A DNA stretch of 62,803 bases, counting the filler, from Globobulimina sp. (lineage: Eukaryota), in assembly GCA_003354225.1 (NCBI GenBank). It is 17 parts of 17 records of this genome, joined end to end, with 100 filler letters (N's around TTAATTAATTAA, not from the genome) between each part and the next. Parts side by side here need not be neighbours in the genome. Positions count along the whole stretch, not along the records: positions 25,918 to 29,518 come from PIVH01002430.1; positions 29,619 to 33,219 come from PIVH01002431.1; positions 33,320 to 36,919 come from PIVH01002432.1; positions 37,020 to 40,619 come from PIVH01002433.1; 13 more parts are not named here. One strand, 5' to 3'. Shown one piece after another: positions 25,818-38,734 of this stretch. Each line of letters starts with the position of its first letter. Positions within the stretch are counted from its first letter, which is position 1. The position numbers and the translations under genes are program-made. A model generated the notes under the pieces. It made no database searches. It saw only the letters and a list, made by a program, of their open reading frames with translations, and was not told the origin of the DNA.

Positions 25818-25917
25818 NNNNNNNNNNNNNNNNNNNNNNNNNNNNNNNNNNNNNNNNNNNNTTAATTAATTAANNNNNNNNNNNNNNNNNNNNNNNNNNN
25901 NNNNNNNNNNNNNNNNN

Positions 25918-26243
25918 ATGACACCATCCCAACAGTTTGCATTGCGGCCACCACCAACATTTTAAACAGAAAAAAACAATATCGCATGCCTGCTCCGCGT
26001 TCATTTCGATGATAATATTTCATAAATGCTGCAACTTGATATACGTCTAATTCTTCGTTGTCCTCTGCATTTTCTTTAAATTTAGCACAGATGTTTCTTT
26101 ATATATATATATGTATATTCGTATATATGATATAGATTGTTGCACCCAAATGTTTATATAACATACTTAAATTTATCTTTTAGTATCAATGGTTCTGAAA
26201 CATCGATAATAACTCCTCCTTTTGGTGCTTGGAAGGTATCCAT
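25918..26243 (-). CDS. 5' part of a membrane protein of unknown function (intron about 26099-26166)
   Basis: Manual translation MDTFQAPKGGVIIDVSEPLILKDKFK|NICAKFKENAEDNEELDVYQVAAFMKYY...FFLFKMLVVAAMQTVGMVS; not in the ORF track. Confidence 0.5.
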
Positions 26244-26294
26244 ATATACGGTTTTTGCTAAGTAAAACTTTGATATCATCGGACCTACGCGACC

Positions 26295-29200
26295 ATGATT
26301 AAGTGGTATTCGTTGTTACTGCTGTTATGTTGGTGGAGCCATTTTTGTCATAGCCAAACATGTTTGGGCGAATTTGAACTATGTTCCAAAGGAGATTGTG
26401 TAATGTGTTCGAACAATTGTGGTGTATGCGAAGAGGGACAGTATCTTTGTCCGATATCAAAGCAATGTGTGAACTCTGCTGCAGATTATGGTATGTTTTG
26501 CCTATGCCAATAAAGTATATCATGCCATACATGATACGTTATATAGTAAACTGTCCAGGAATAAAAGGCACACATCTTGATTGGACATTATCTGTCGAGC
26601 AACGTGTAGCATTTTTAAATGCAAATCTAAGCATCAATGAAAAATATCCTCAGTTAACCAACGATGCGCCACAAATTGAACGGTTAGGAATTCCATCCTA
26701 TCAATGGCTTAACGATGACGAACATGGAGTACGCAACTCCCATTCTACCATGTTCCCAGACGGCACGACAGATATAATATATGTTTGCATTTAATTTGTC
26801 GTAAAACCCATCAAAATCAAATATGGTTTATATAATTAATAATATTACAGGTTGTGGTTTAGGAGCAAGTTCAATAATATACATTTCTTTGAGTAATATA
26901 ATCACAAAATATACCTGAATATAGCTTGGAGTAAACATGACTTGCACAGTGTCGGCAACATTGTTGGAAATGAAGCACGATCCTTGCATAATTCCTTGGT
27001 GCATTCAGGTAACAGAGGTCATGGGCAAAATGGAGCTACGGTGACATTGTATGCACCGAATATGAATTTGGTCCGTGACCCCAGATGGTATGAATGGGAT
27101 ACGTTTTCATTTTAATTTATACGATATGTCAAAACAATTAATTTATTAAAGGGGACGGAGTCAAGAAGTCTACAGTGAAGATCCGCGATTAACTGGTCAT
27201 TTAACGTATGAATTTGTAACAGGTTTACAATTTGGTGGCGAACAAGAAAATAAATATTTGCTAACTGCTGCATGTTAAGCATATATATTGTATTGTGTAC
27301 AGTGGTTATATATACATAACAAGAAATGAATAAAATATTAAGGTTGCAAACATTATGCTGCGTATGATATAGAAAACGTACCTCAACTGAGGTTTACGTT
27401 TAATGCAATTGTTGATGCTGTGAATTGGGCAGAAACGTATTCCCCTGCTTTCCGGGAATGTGTTGGTATGTTTTTCCGTTCTTGTGAGTTGTGAGACTTG
27501 TGACTAACATATGTGATGTTTGTGCTGTTTATAATTAATAGTTCGAGCGCAAGGCCAACATGTAATGTGTGCTTATAATTCAATTAATGGAATTCCGAGT
27601 TGTGGCAATAATTATACATTGAACAAAGTATTGAGGGATGATTGGAATTTCAAAGGATTTGTGGTGTCGGACTATGACGCAATGGCACAAATTTATACCG
27701 CCCACGGATATGCACAAAACTATGAAGAAGCAGTGTCCATTGCAATCAAAGCAGGCTGCGGTATGTTGTATATATAAAAAATAAGAATCAAAATGCGACA
27801 AATTGCAAAACGTTAACCCAGATCAAGAAGGTACTGATGCATGGCCATTAGCAATTGATCAAATTCCGAACGCGATTAAGGACGGATTGTTGACAGAAAG
27901 TGATGTTAGTACAGCAATTGGAAGATTGTGGAGAGTAAGAATTAAATTAGGTTTATTTGATCCGCCTACAATGGTAAATTATAATAAATTAGAGAATGAC
28001 TCATCTGTTGAAGGTGCGCAACATTTGAATGCATCGCGTAGAATTGCTGCACATTCAATGACTTTATACAAAAATGACAACAATGCATTGCCAGTGGATC
28101 GCCGTGAAGTAAATGGCATTGCTGTAATTGGCCCGCAATCCATTGCTCCGAGATTATTGTTAGGAAATTATGCAACATATCCAGATAAAGGAGTGATTAC
28201 AATATTGCAAGGACTGCGAGAAGGATTAGGCGAAAACACTACAGCACAGTGCACATATTTGGAGAATACTGATTATGATCAACCAGGGCGGTCCGGAACA
28301 ACTGTATATTCTGCACAAGAATGTTGTTCTTTGTGCTTTGAAGATGATGCATGTAATTATTGGACATATTATTGGAGGACTTGCTATTTAAAACAAACTG
28401 GTGATGGAAAGAAAACAAGCAACGGCAGGATATCTGGACAGTGTACCAACAATCCAATTACATCAAAAATCAGAAATGCCAATGGATGTGAAACTATTCG
28501 ATGTCTATCAACTGCCGGTTTTGTTGATGCATTGGATTTAATTAATAAAATGAAAGAAGCTCAACAGTTGTCGGCCATATTAGTGGTATTAGGCTTAGAT
28601 CAGACATTCGAATCAGAGCAACATGATCGAACTACGATTGAGTTGCCCGGACAACAGAATACTTTGGTTACTGCAATTTATAATAATATGACCAAGAATG
28701 ATGATAATATTGCATTGATTTGCTTGTTAATCCACGGTGGCACATTGGCATTAGGTTCGGCGGTGACTGAATGTGATGCGATTTTAGATGGATGGTATCC
28801 TGGCTCCCAAGGTGGATATGGCATTGCTGATATTATGTATGGTGCAGTAAGTGTTGCAGGGAGAGCTGGGGTCACATCTTATTTATCCACGGCAGAATTG
28901 CCCAAACAGAATGGTGACATGAATGAGTACAATGGTGATGGGGTATCATATAGATATTATAAGAAAAGGCCATTGTGGCCGTTTGGGTATTTTTTTTATT
29001 TGTTTGTATACACAAAAATAAGATAAGATAACTTAACAATGTTTTTGTACAAAAGGTATGGTTTAAGTTATACAACATTTTCATATTCAAATTTGAGATT
29101 AAATGTTACTAAATCTACAAACAATAATTATGAATATGAGGTGGATGACGGATGTGAGGTAATTGGAGTGACGGTGCGTGTGAGCAATGATGGAGCGAGA

Positions 29201-29431
29201 GATGGCGATGAAGTGATTCAAGTCTATGTCAAACAGCCTGTAGCAACTGTACAAGCCCCAAATGTGCGTTTGGGTGATTTCGAGAGAGTATCCATTAAAT
29301 CTGGAGAGTCTGTGGATGTGCAGTTGGTATTGACCGCAAGATATCATTCTGTGGTTTATAACGCATCTTCGGCGAGTTGGTATGAGCCAGATATTCAAAT
29401 CATAGGTCGAAAATTTTATATTATGTTTTAG
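26295..29431 (+). CDS. Secreted GH3 beta-xylosidase/glucosidase with Cys-rich N-terminus, inserted PAN/apple module and Fn3-like domain (many introns)
   Basis: RLGIPSYQWLND..HGV, APNMNLVRDPRW, EVYSEDP, CKHYAAYD, MCAYNSINGIPSC, FKGFVVSDYDA (nucleophile Asp), ESEQHDR, WYPGSQGG, PLWPFG|YGLSYTTF, DGDEVIQVY. Confidence 0.92.
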
Positions 29432-29618
29432 AGTTACGGTTATTTTGCCTAAATGTGGAGTTAGGAAACAATGATGGAATAGTTTCGACCTATGTAATGT
29501 GCAAATTCAGTGCAAAATNNNNNNNNNNNNNNNNNNNNNNNNNNNNNNNNNNNNNNNNNNNNTTAATTAATTAANNNNNNNNNNNNNNNNNNNNNNNNNN
29601 NNNNNNNNNNNNNNNNNN

Positions 29619-32600
29619 GTATTTGCATGAATATCATCTTCAAATTCATCCTCTAAAAAAATCCACGAAAATTCAACGTCGACTTTGGCTATATTTTTCA
29701 CCGTAATTTGTTTTATACATTTTGTTTGATTTAAAATACAGCCAAAATTAATCTGTGTCGACGCAAATTGTAAGTTTGGAAACCAACATTCAGCATACAA
29801 CGGAATTTTATCTCTCTGTGGATGATCCCTATAAATTATCGACAATCTTGCTTTCGGTCTATAACACAAACGATCTGTTTTCATGCCAGGGTCAAACAGC
29901 ACATTTAATACAGTTTCTTCATTTGGATTTAATGTAAATTCTAATCGATCCACACTAAATGGCATGGCACATTTTATCATAAATACCAAAGGCAATAACG
30001 ATACATTTCGCAATTTTAATTGTTTTGTTAATGGCTTAATTAATACATTTTCTTCATATAAATATTCAAAGTAAACTTTTTTATTTGAAAATTCAAGTAA
30101 TGGCTTTAAAAAATTGCACGTAATTTCTGGCTTAAAAACGTTTGTGGCTTTTCTTGCTTTTCCAATTAAAACACCACATTGCCAAATTTCTTTAATTACT
30201 CCTTCTTCACAACTTTTGGCAGTCACTTTAAAATCAACGGCTGTGTTGGGTTGTAATGTAATTCTATTTGGTGTTATTTTGAATATACTCGGTATGGAAC
30301 CTTCTTCCTCGTCGTCATCATCCAATAAATTTGATTTATATTTATTCATTGTTGATCCACCCATAATTGTTGCATTTGAAGCAATCGATGCAAATGATTT
30401 CCCTCCAAAACTCATCTCGCTCTCGTTATCATTGTTTAATGTATTCACGTTTTCATTTTGTTCACGTTCATTTTCATGGTCTGGCACTTCAATTATTTCT
30501 TCTTTTCGTTTCACGAAAGTCCATAATATTGTTTGTGCTCTGTATTAAATTTACAAAAACTTACTTACTAAAAAAACAAATAGGAAAAGAATAATGGCAC
30601 TTAACCTTCTGCCTCGATTTTCAATCCTAAATGATTTGCTACATTTATTATTTGTAAATTTATTTTGAAAATCAATTGTTTTCATCTCAATGCTTGGAAC
30701 TAATGTTGTACCAATTCCACGCGCTAACAATGACACCATAATATCATCCCCTTCTGATACAGCTATGATTAAATCATCATTTATTTTTATGGTGTCATTT
30801 AAAAATACATTTATTGAAATTGGCAATATCTCATTTGGTTTAATTACTGCATCATCGATGTTAATGGTATATGAGGAATTTGTTTTGCTTATTGCCGCAT
30901 GAATACATGCCTCGATTGGACAAATATTTTCTATCAATAATATCTTTGAATGTTGTTTTAACGCTGAAATACTCCCAAAATTAATTTCAGTCAAAATATC
31001 TTCTTCCTCAGTACTCTCAATGTTATCTCGTGGAGTTTGTTGTTGTTTTAATGTTAATTTTAATTTGGGACCAATTCCAATAAAATGAAATTTAATTTGT
31101 AACGGAGCCGATGTACTGCCAACTACTGTTATATATGTAGAGATATTTGATTCCGCCAATTTTTCAGCATAAAAATAATATTTTAATGATTTCTGCTCTT
31201 TTGCATTTAAGACTGCCATCGGTTCATCAAATTCAATAATTGCAATTTGTTTTGTTTTCTCATTTTGCGGAATAAATTGATAAATTACAGGTAATTCATT
31301 ATCATTGCGTATCGTTACCGAACCTGAATATTCATATTTTAAATAACATTCTTTTAAATCAATCTCTGTTTCTTCAATTTGGATCTGCGGCACAATGCAA
31401 TTTGCAATAATTGGCAATGATAAATACTTATGTCCAACGTTATGAATATCAATCATAATCATATAATTTTTATATTTCTGCACTGTCACAGATTTAAATA
31501 ATATTTGGAAACTTATGGAAGAATGGGGATATATACAACCATTAAAGTTATATCCATCAAACTCTCCATCGTTTTTATTATTCTTTTCATCCTCAATCTC
31601 ATCATATTTTTGAATACTAAATTCGCGCTTAACTTCATCCAAAGCAATATATGCTTTAAACTTAACAGGAATATCAGAGTCATTGTGCAAACAAACAATT
31701 TGCGTATTTTGAAAGCCATAACTCACTGTACCAAACTCTAATTTTTCAACATCAAACTCTAAATTGGGTGCAATAACACAACCTTTTAATTTCAATGATA
31801 ATGGGTCAGTGCCTTGAAAATGACAAGAAATTGGCAATGTAAAATGGCCAAATGTATAGCCACTTAAAGTGATCGTAATTTCTAACACCTGGCCCACTTC
31901 TAATGTACCAGACGACGGCGAAATATTTACATCCAACTAAATAGAATTCGAATATACAACAAAATAAATTATTCCGATGTATACAACAACGAAAAATGCA
32001 GAACTAACTTGATTTTGTTTAACAATTTTTTGATTTAATTTTATATTAAAGACACCCGCAATATCACCAATATTATGGAGTGAGACACAATATTTATGGA
32101 CAGCGCTTAGAAATATTTCACCGATATCCAATGAATCAAAAGAAAACATGGCTTTTGGTCCAATCCCTGTACCTGACAGTTGTATTGGTATTGGATCTTC
32201 TCTTCCTGCACAATGAATTTCTAATACATCTTGATATATTTTGGATTCTTTTGGTAAAAAAGTCACTACAAATTCGATAAAACCATTTGGAAATATTTCA
32301 CCTTCATCTGGTTCAATTTTCCAGTTTATTTTATTGCTGCAATTAATATGAAAAGTAAATGGAATTTCGGATCGATTATATAACCGAAATAATGACTGCG
32401 ATGATAAATTAATATATGCTGCACATGGATTAATTATTTCGTTTGATAGTTCTAATTTTATATTTTCTGCAGTTGCAAATATTTCAATCCTTTCTTTTCC
32501 ATCGTCATGTTGTAACATTATAATTTCATGATAGTTACCAATAGTATTTGCATTAAATTTGATACAAATATTTGTGAAATCGTTTGGTTGTAGTAATCCT

Positions 32601-33175
32601 TCAGTCGGTGACAATGATAAAATATTTTGATTCTCATCATTTTGTTGGGGATAAAGTTGCCATTTTGTTGCTATATCACCAACATTTCTTAATAAAATTA
32701 TCTTATCGTTATCAAAATTAACAGGAACATTACCATAATTTATTGTATTTGTATATTGTAATTTGATGGGATGTCCTTTGACTCTGATTGGAATCATAAA
32801 TTTTTCTCTTTCTGTTTCTACGATTAAATCACATTCATATTCTTTTTTTTCTTCAGGACAAAAGGTAATAATATATTCAACACTCATTCCAGACGCAACT
32901 CTCGATGATGTTTGTCTTGATTTTTGTGTTTGTTGTATGGAACGTTTTGATTGTTTTATAAAAAAATGCATTGGCTCAGGATGCAATACTCTTAGTCTAC
33001 GCGGAACAGAATCGCGATTCCGAAATTTTATCGAATATTCATAGGTTCCAAAAGCATCGTACTCTTCAATTAAGATTTCATTTGGAAAGGATTCAAACAA
33101 TGCTTCGGATAGAGACACATCACATTTACTGGTTCCATTTTGTGTGATATCAAATAATTCCAATATTTGTGACAT
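29619..33175 (-). CDS. HYDIN: Hydin (central-pair protein), 5' part with tandem ASH/Ig-like domains; introns near 31937-31995 and 30530-30575
   Basis: RNRDSVPRRLRV, SRVASGMSVEYIITFCPEEKKEYECDLIVETEREKF, LSGTGIGPKAMFSFDSLDIG, LEFGTVSYGF, HPQRDKIPLYAECWFPNL, INFGCILN. Confidence 0.88.
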
Positions 33176-33319
33176 AGTATAGTATATTATAACAGAGCAT
33201 GAGTGTAAAAAAAAACTTTNNNNNNNNNNNNNNNNNNNNNNNNNNNNNNNNNNNNNNNNNNNNTTAATTAATTAANNNNNNNNNNNNNNNNNNNNNNNNN
33301 NNNNNNNNNNNNNNNNNNN

Positions 33320-34062
33320 TTAGTCATATGACTTACCTCATCACCCGCATCATTATCTACTACTAAACATTTAAATTCATCATAAGTGGTATCTGAACTG
33401 GATATTTCTTCTGTTCCTGCTACATCAATTGTAACACCAGCACCTGTAAATTCTGGTTCTACATCTGAATAATCAGTATATGTTATTGAAGCCGTATCAA
33501 GTTGCGTAGGTGTCCCTGTGTCCATTCTAAACAGGGTGATTGCCGTTGGTGTAAGCCTATACATGTAACCATTACCCGCCGATATATCAACACTATCAAT
33601 ATAATAAGTATCACAAATAGTTGGTTTGTATTTAAATGCAAAAGGTTCAAGTATTGAAACGGCTGTTACTTCTCTTATTGAAATGTTATCAATAACAATA
33701 CCACCATCGTTATCAACAGAATCTTCCTGCCATACTAAATATTTTTCACTTGCTGTTTGTGTCCACAGGAAAGTACATGCTTTGAATTCCGTCTCTGTGT
33801 TAACGACACGAACAAAATGTGTAGTACCCGATGTGGTGACTGCTGACAATGATACTTTCCATCTGCCTCCAGTTCCAACATGTCTAACTCTGAATGTTTT
33901 TATGTATGTTTTTCCATTCGTCAAGCTAACAGGAGCTAAAGTTAAGTCTTTCCAAACTCTTGCAATAATTGTTGGGGTACCGTTACTATCGGCCCTTATT
34001 GCATAATTTCCCGCATATACAATAGCTGATTGACTTTCAAAAACATTTCCTGGAAGGTCCAA
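33320..34062 (-). CDS. Prokaryotic/phage-like beta-sandwich (carbohydrate-binding-like) protein fragment
   Basis: Intronless; Thr/Asp/Val-rich; SLTNGKTY...IVIDNISIREV is typical of CBM/galactose-binding-like folds in phage virion proteins; abuts a truncated eukaryotic PP2C. Confidence 0.4.
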
Positions 34063-34064
34063 GT

Positions 34065-34625
34065 TTGCACCTAAAAACCCTATTGTTGTTTTTGCTTCAT
34101 TTCCATGATAATACAGAACATAAATGTCGTGTATTTTGGTGTGGGGACTCTAGGGCATATTTCATTGGATCACAATCGAATTGCATTGACAGATTGACAG
34201 TGGATCATAACTGTGGCAATGAAGTGGAAGTGCAGCGCGTTAAAGAGGAAGGTGGCAAAATCTTGAATGGCAGAGTTGATGGAAAGTTATTTCTGACTCG
34301 AACCTTCGGAGCAAAGGCTGTGAAGTATTCGGCGTCCGGTGTTCATTGCAGCTGCGAATACAAAACATTCACAGCTCAGCCTGGGGACTCAATGTTGATT
34401 GCATGCGATGGATTGACTGAGAGATGGTCGGATCAGATACTCTTTCAAAAGTTCAATTTTTTTCTCAATAATGTTGCTGATAAAACGGATACAGCCAAGT
34501 TGATGGGTGGTTTGGTGGATGATGCCATTTGCGAGGGATCCACTGATAATATATCGGTTATGTTGGTTCAATTTAAGGGTGGAAAGGTAGAGGATGTAGA
34601 AAATAAGAAATATCATAGCGTATAA
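34065..34625 (+). CDS. PP2C (PPM) protein phosphatase, C-terminal part
   Basis: WCGDSRA, LTVDHN...EVQRVKEEGG, RVDGKLFLTRTFG, LIACDGL, GSTDNISVMLV. Confidence 0.9.
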   Translation: MHLKTLLLFLLHFHDNTEHKCRVFWCGDSRAYFIGSQSNCIDRLTVDHNCGNEVEVQRVKEEGGKILNGRVDGKLFLTRTFGAKAVKYSASGVHCSCEYKTFTAQPGDSMLIACDGLTERWSDQILFQKFNFFLNNVADKTDTAKLMGGLVDDAICEGSTDNISVMLVQFKGGKVEDVENKKYHSV

Positions 34626-35169
34626 AAAATTTGTAGAATATTGTTGTTCATATATTTATTTTATTCAATTAGCGTATACAGCGTATACAAAAGTGTTTTT
34701 TTTGAAAATTTAAACATGACATTTCGTTTCGTTTCGAATATTCCAATTAAAGTCAGACCACCAAACATTTCTGTCGGATTAATCCTGTCAACTCAAACAG
34801 AAAGATTTCTTAGTATTTTGAAGAAGAATATGTTTATTTAAGCTATTTTTAATCTTAACAAAGAACCAATCACAGCGCGCTCTCAAATGCACAGCACGCT
34901 CTCTAATATGACTTGTTTGTTTGTATTCAGACTCAAATCTACAGAAAAGCTTCGCTTGCTAATCAAAACAAAAAAACACAAAATCAACACTGACGCTCAC
35001 GCCGCTCACTATCTTTTGTATGCTGACAATTAAAGCGAATTTTACAATATCGAATTATCGATAATATTTTTAATTAAATAAATTAACGGATATTTTTAAA
35101 TAAATACTGATTGACAATGAATTTCCGTCATTGTCAAAACAGTAAAATACTCACTCACACACATCGTAG

Positions 35170-35834
35170 TTATTTATTATGACAAGACTTTAAAAGAGTC
35201 TTTTTGTCTTTACTTTGCTCTGATAATATCTCATATTTTTCGCAACCAAACATTTCTTTAGTTAATGTATTCAAATTAATATCCGACACTAATCCATTAA
35301 CAATCAAATCTTCCAATACATAATAAGCCTCTTGTGGTTCAAATATGATATCATACTCACATACATTTACATATTTCCTTTCCAGCAGCTCAACAAATAA
35401 ATGTATTAAATCCATTGTAGCTGTACATGTATAGTGTTACGTTACACTTAATTGTGATCTGCAAATCAATTGGAAAACAAATTAAAAAATAGAAATATAC
35501 CAAGTAGATTTTCACCTTCATCGATTACCATTAGAAAGTGTAAAGAAGCATACGTTCTATGCACCACATACGATCCATTTAGCACATTAAAAAATGATTT
35601 CAATGATTTTTTATCTTTTGTAAATGGTCTAGTAATGGTATGTTGAGTTGAAATGTTCCGTAATTGATTTACGTCCACAAAGTTACATTTCGTCTTTGAA
35701 TGCATTCGGTGCAGAATAAGATCACCCAGTACTTTAACCAGATGCTTTCTGCATTCCGTCGGAACAGCATCGCCATAGAAACGAAACAATCTCATTTTCC
35801 CAGATAAATTTATTATGAATACAGCTTTAATCAT
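35170..35834 (-). CDS. Adaptor complex small (sigma) subunit, AP-3 sigma-like, divergent (intron about 35423-35500)
   Basis: MIKAVFIINLSGKMRLFRFY, VHRTYASLHF..ENLL, MDLIHLFVELL..NVCEYDIIF. Confidence 0.8.
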
Positions 35835-35898
35835 GTTGACGATGCTGAAATGAATGTAACTGAAGCAGTAGAAAACGGTGAAAACAAATACACAATAA

Positions 35899-36919
35899 TC
35901 ATTTCTGATATTCATAAACAAAATCATTTGTCCTCTGTGTTTTCAATGTAACAAGTTCTTCAGCAGCAGTTGGATGAATAGCAACAACACTGTCGAAATC
36001 TTTTTTAGTTGCACCCATTTTCATAGCCACCCCAAAGCCCTGTAACATTTCATCCGCCCCTTCGCCAATAATATGTAAACCAACCACTTTCTCTTCCTTT
36101 CCCACACAAATCAACTTCATATGAGTTCTTATTTTTTCCTCTTCGGTCATAACACCATACATTAAATTCCGAAAATGCGCTTCATAGATAGCCATAGGTC
36201 CATCCAATTGCCCATTCTCTATCAATTCCTGTGTCTCCCTCTCCGACAAACCGCAAGTTCCAACTGGCGGATGAGTGAATATTACAGTTGGTATATTGGT
36301 ATAATCCATTTTTGAATCATCCCCTTTCCCTCCAAACAATCTATCTGCCCATAACCGGCCTGCTCGAAGAGCAACAGGCGTCAAAGCTGCCTTGTCATTG
36401 ATATCGCCAATGGCATATACTCCCATTTCATCCGTCTCCTCATACTCATCGGATAAAATAAAATGCCTCCTGTCCTGTTTCACGTTGGTTTTATCCAAAC
36501 CCAAATCCTCAGCCAATGGTCCTCTGCCAATGGCATATAGCACATAGTCATAATCAGCATGTACTGCTCCTTCCCGTGTCACCATTGAAAGTTTATCCTT
36601 TTCCTGTTTAATCTCTATAATATTCGTGTTATAAACCACATCGACACCAGAATGTAGCAATGCATTATGCACTCCATTTTGAATCAATACGTCAAATTTC
36701 CGCAATGGATGTTCGCCGCGAATAAATAACGATACATCAGAGCCTAAACCCTGCAAAACCTGCGCTAATTCCACCGCAATGTATCCCGCACCAACAATTG
36801 CTGTTTTCTTTGGAATATAGTCCATTTCATTGAAGAAATCATCAGAAGTGGCGATATATTCTTCGCCGGCAATGTCTGGAATGTATGAAAAGCCACCAAC
36901 AGCAATCAAGATAGTTGGA
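35899..36919 (-). CDS. GSR: Glutathione reductase, 3' two-thirds
   Basis: TSDDFF, VGAGYIAVELA, YAIGD...LTPVALRAGR, YTNIPTVIFTHPP, EMLQGFGVAMKMGATKKDFDSVVAIHPTAAEELVT. Confidence 0.95.
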
Positions 36920-37280
36920 NNNNNNNNNNNNNNNNNNNNNNNNNNNNNNNNNNNNNNNNNNNNTTAATTAATTAANNNNNNNNNNNNNNNNNNNNNNNNN
37001 NNNNNNNNNNNNNNNNNNNTGTGATGAATTAATAATTTGTAAAACTAAATAGTTGTTTGTTGTGTTTTCTTCTCGTTTTTTAGTTTGTGTGTCTTTTTTT
37101 GTTTGCTATTTTTTTGGACGTATTTTGGTCCTATTTTTTGCATGAACATTTTTTAACATTATGTATATATATCTGTGAAAACATATTCGTTATTTATTTT
37201 TGTTCTTCAGTGGCACAAATCCGCGCAATACTTTCAATTAAACAAAGAAACAACACAGAATACACACGTAAGAATTTTGT

Positions 37281-38549
37281 TTAATATTTACTTAAGACAT
37301 TCTCAATACCTTTCCAATATTTGGCGTGTTCATTTAATGCTTTTTTTATTGTTTCTTGACAGCCATTCTTTATGGAAGAATCATTATCATTTAAATGCTT
37401 TTTATAGACACTTTTCCATTCATTAAATGTTTGCTGTTTCGCTTTGCCATCAATAGCGGATAGGAATTCTTTTTCAAATTCAAACACATTATAATTATGT
37501 TTTTGTTGTTTTGCTCCTGTTAACAATGCATAATTCACACAGCAAATGGCGCGCGGCATTGTGGATAAATTGTAGCCGCCTTCCAACACAATGGCAACAT
37601 TCGAACATTCATTTAACAGCAACCGAGTCAACAAGCCATAGCATGGCGGAGTTATTCGCATTCCGCCCAATGGATCGCCAATACACGCATCAAAACCCGC
37701 AGATACCACAATAACATCTGGCACAAATTCACCACAAATTGGTAATAAAATATCTCTCCAAATTAATAAATATTCATCATCGCCATAACCATGGCCTCGG
37801 TGCACATTTAACGGCACATTGACGTTAAAACCATTGCCAGATTCCAATATTTTGCCAGTATTTGGATAAAAGCGGCCTCCGTCATGCCGATGCACACTAA
37901 AATATAATACATTTTTCTTGTCATAAAACATATTTTGAGTGCCATTTCCGTGATGAACGTCCCAATCCACAATTAACACTTTTTGACATAAATCCTTTTC
38001 CAAGGCAGCATTCACTGCAACAACGACATTATTAAACAGACAGAATCCCATTGCTTTATTATGTTCGCAGTGATGTCCCGGTGGCCGCACCAAAGCAAAT
38101 CCGTTGTCGTATTTATTGGACAATATGCCTTCAACCAAATCAATGGAGGCCGCAGCTGCTAATAATGCCGCATGCTTTGAATGTTGGTTATAAAATGTGT
38201 CTGCATCATACCATCCACATTCCTCTGATGGATTTGTCACTGTTTCAATATGAGATTGGTGATGAGTCAAAGCTAATTCTTTGAGGGTTGCTTCTCGAGG
38301 TTTAATGACGTTTAATTTGTTTATTATGCCGTAATCTGTCAACATTTCAAAAGATTTTGAGCATCTTTCTGGACATTCAACATGAGATTCATTGTCTGGT
38401 GGTCTGTGTTTTAAACAATCCTCAGCATAAAACAAGACACTTTTTTGCAATTTCAAGCGACCTAAATCTGAAATTAAAGCGCCAATATCATCATCATCTT
38501 CTTTTTTGTCTTCATTATCATTTACAGAATGAGTCATTTGAGTGCCCAT
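37281..38549 (-). CDS. Class II histone deacetylase (HDAC6/10-like, single domain)
   Basis: HVECPER, RPPGHH, AMGFCLFNNV, DWDVHHGNGTQ, VSAGFDACIGDPLG, LEGGYNL; catalytic residues intact. Confidence 0.93.
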   Translation of the reverse strand: MGTQMTHSVNDNEDKKEDDDDIGALISDLGRLKLQKSVLFYAEDCLKHRPPDNESHVECPERCSKSFEMLTDYGIINKLNVIKPREATLKELALTHHQSHIETVTNPSEECGWYDADTFYNQHSKHAALLAAAASIDLVEGILSNKYDNGFALVRPPGHHCEHNKAMGFCLFNNVVVAVNAALEKDLCQKVLIVDWDVHHGNGTQNMFYDKKNVLYFSVHRHDGGRFYPNTGKILESGNGFNVNVPLNVHRGHGYGDDEYLLIWRDILLPICGEFVPDVIVVSAGFDACIGDPLGGMRITPPCYGLLTRLLLNECSNVAIVLEGGYNLSTMPRAICCVNYALLTGAKQQKHNYNVFEFEKEFLSAIDGKAKQQTFNEWKSVYKKHLNDNDSSIKNGCQETIKKALNEHAKYWKGIENVLSKY

Positions 38550-38734
38550 GAAATGTAGGCTTTGGGTTTTCTGTCAAAGTTTTTCATAAATTCAAATTGT
38601 ACATAGAAATAAAATAATAATAAAATTATAAATTGCAATCACTACGGATTGTACAACAAAATTACAAATGTGTATATGTATAAAATAATAAACCATAACA
38701 ACTTTTTGTTGATATGTTGAATAAAAAACAAAGT

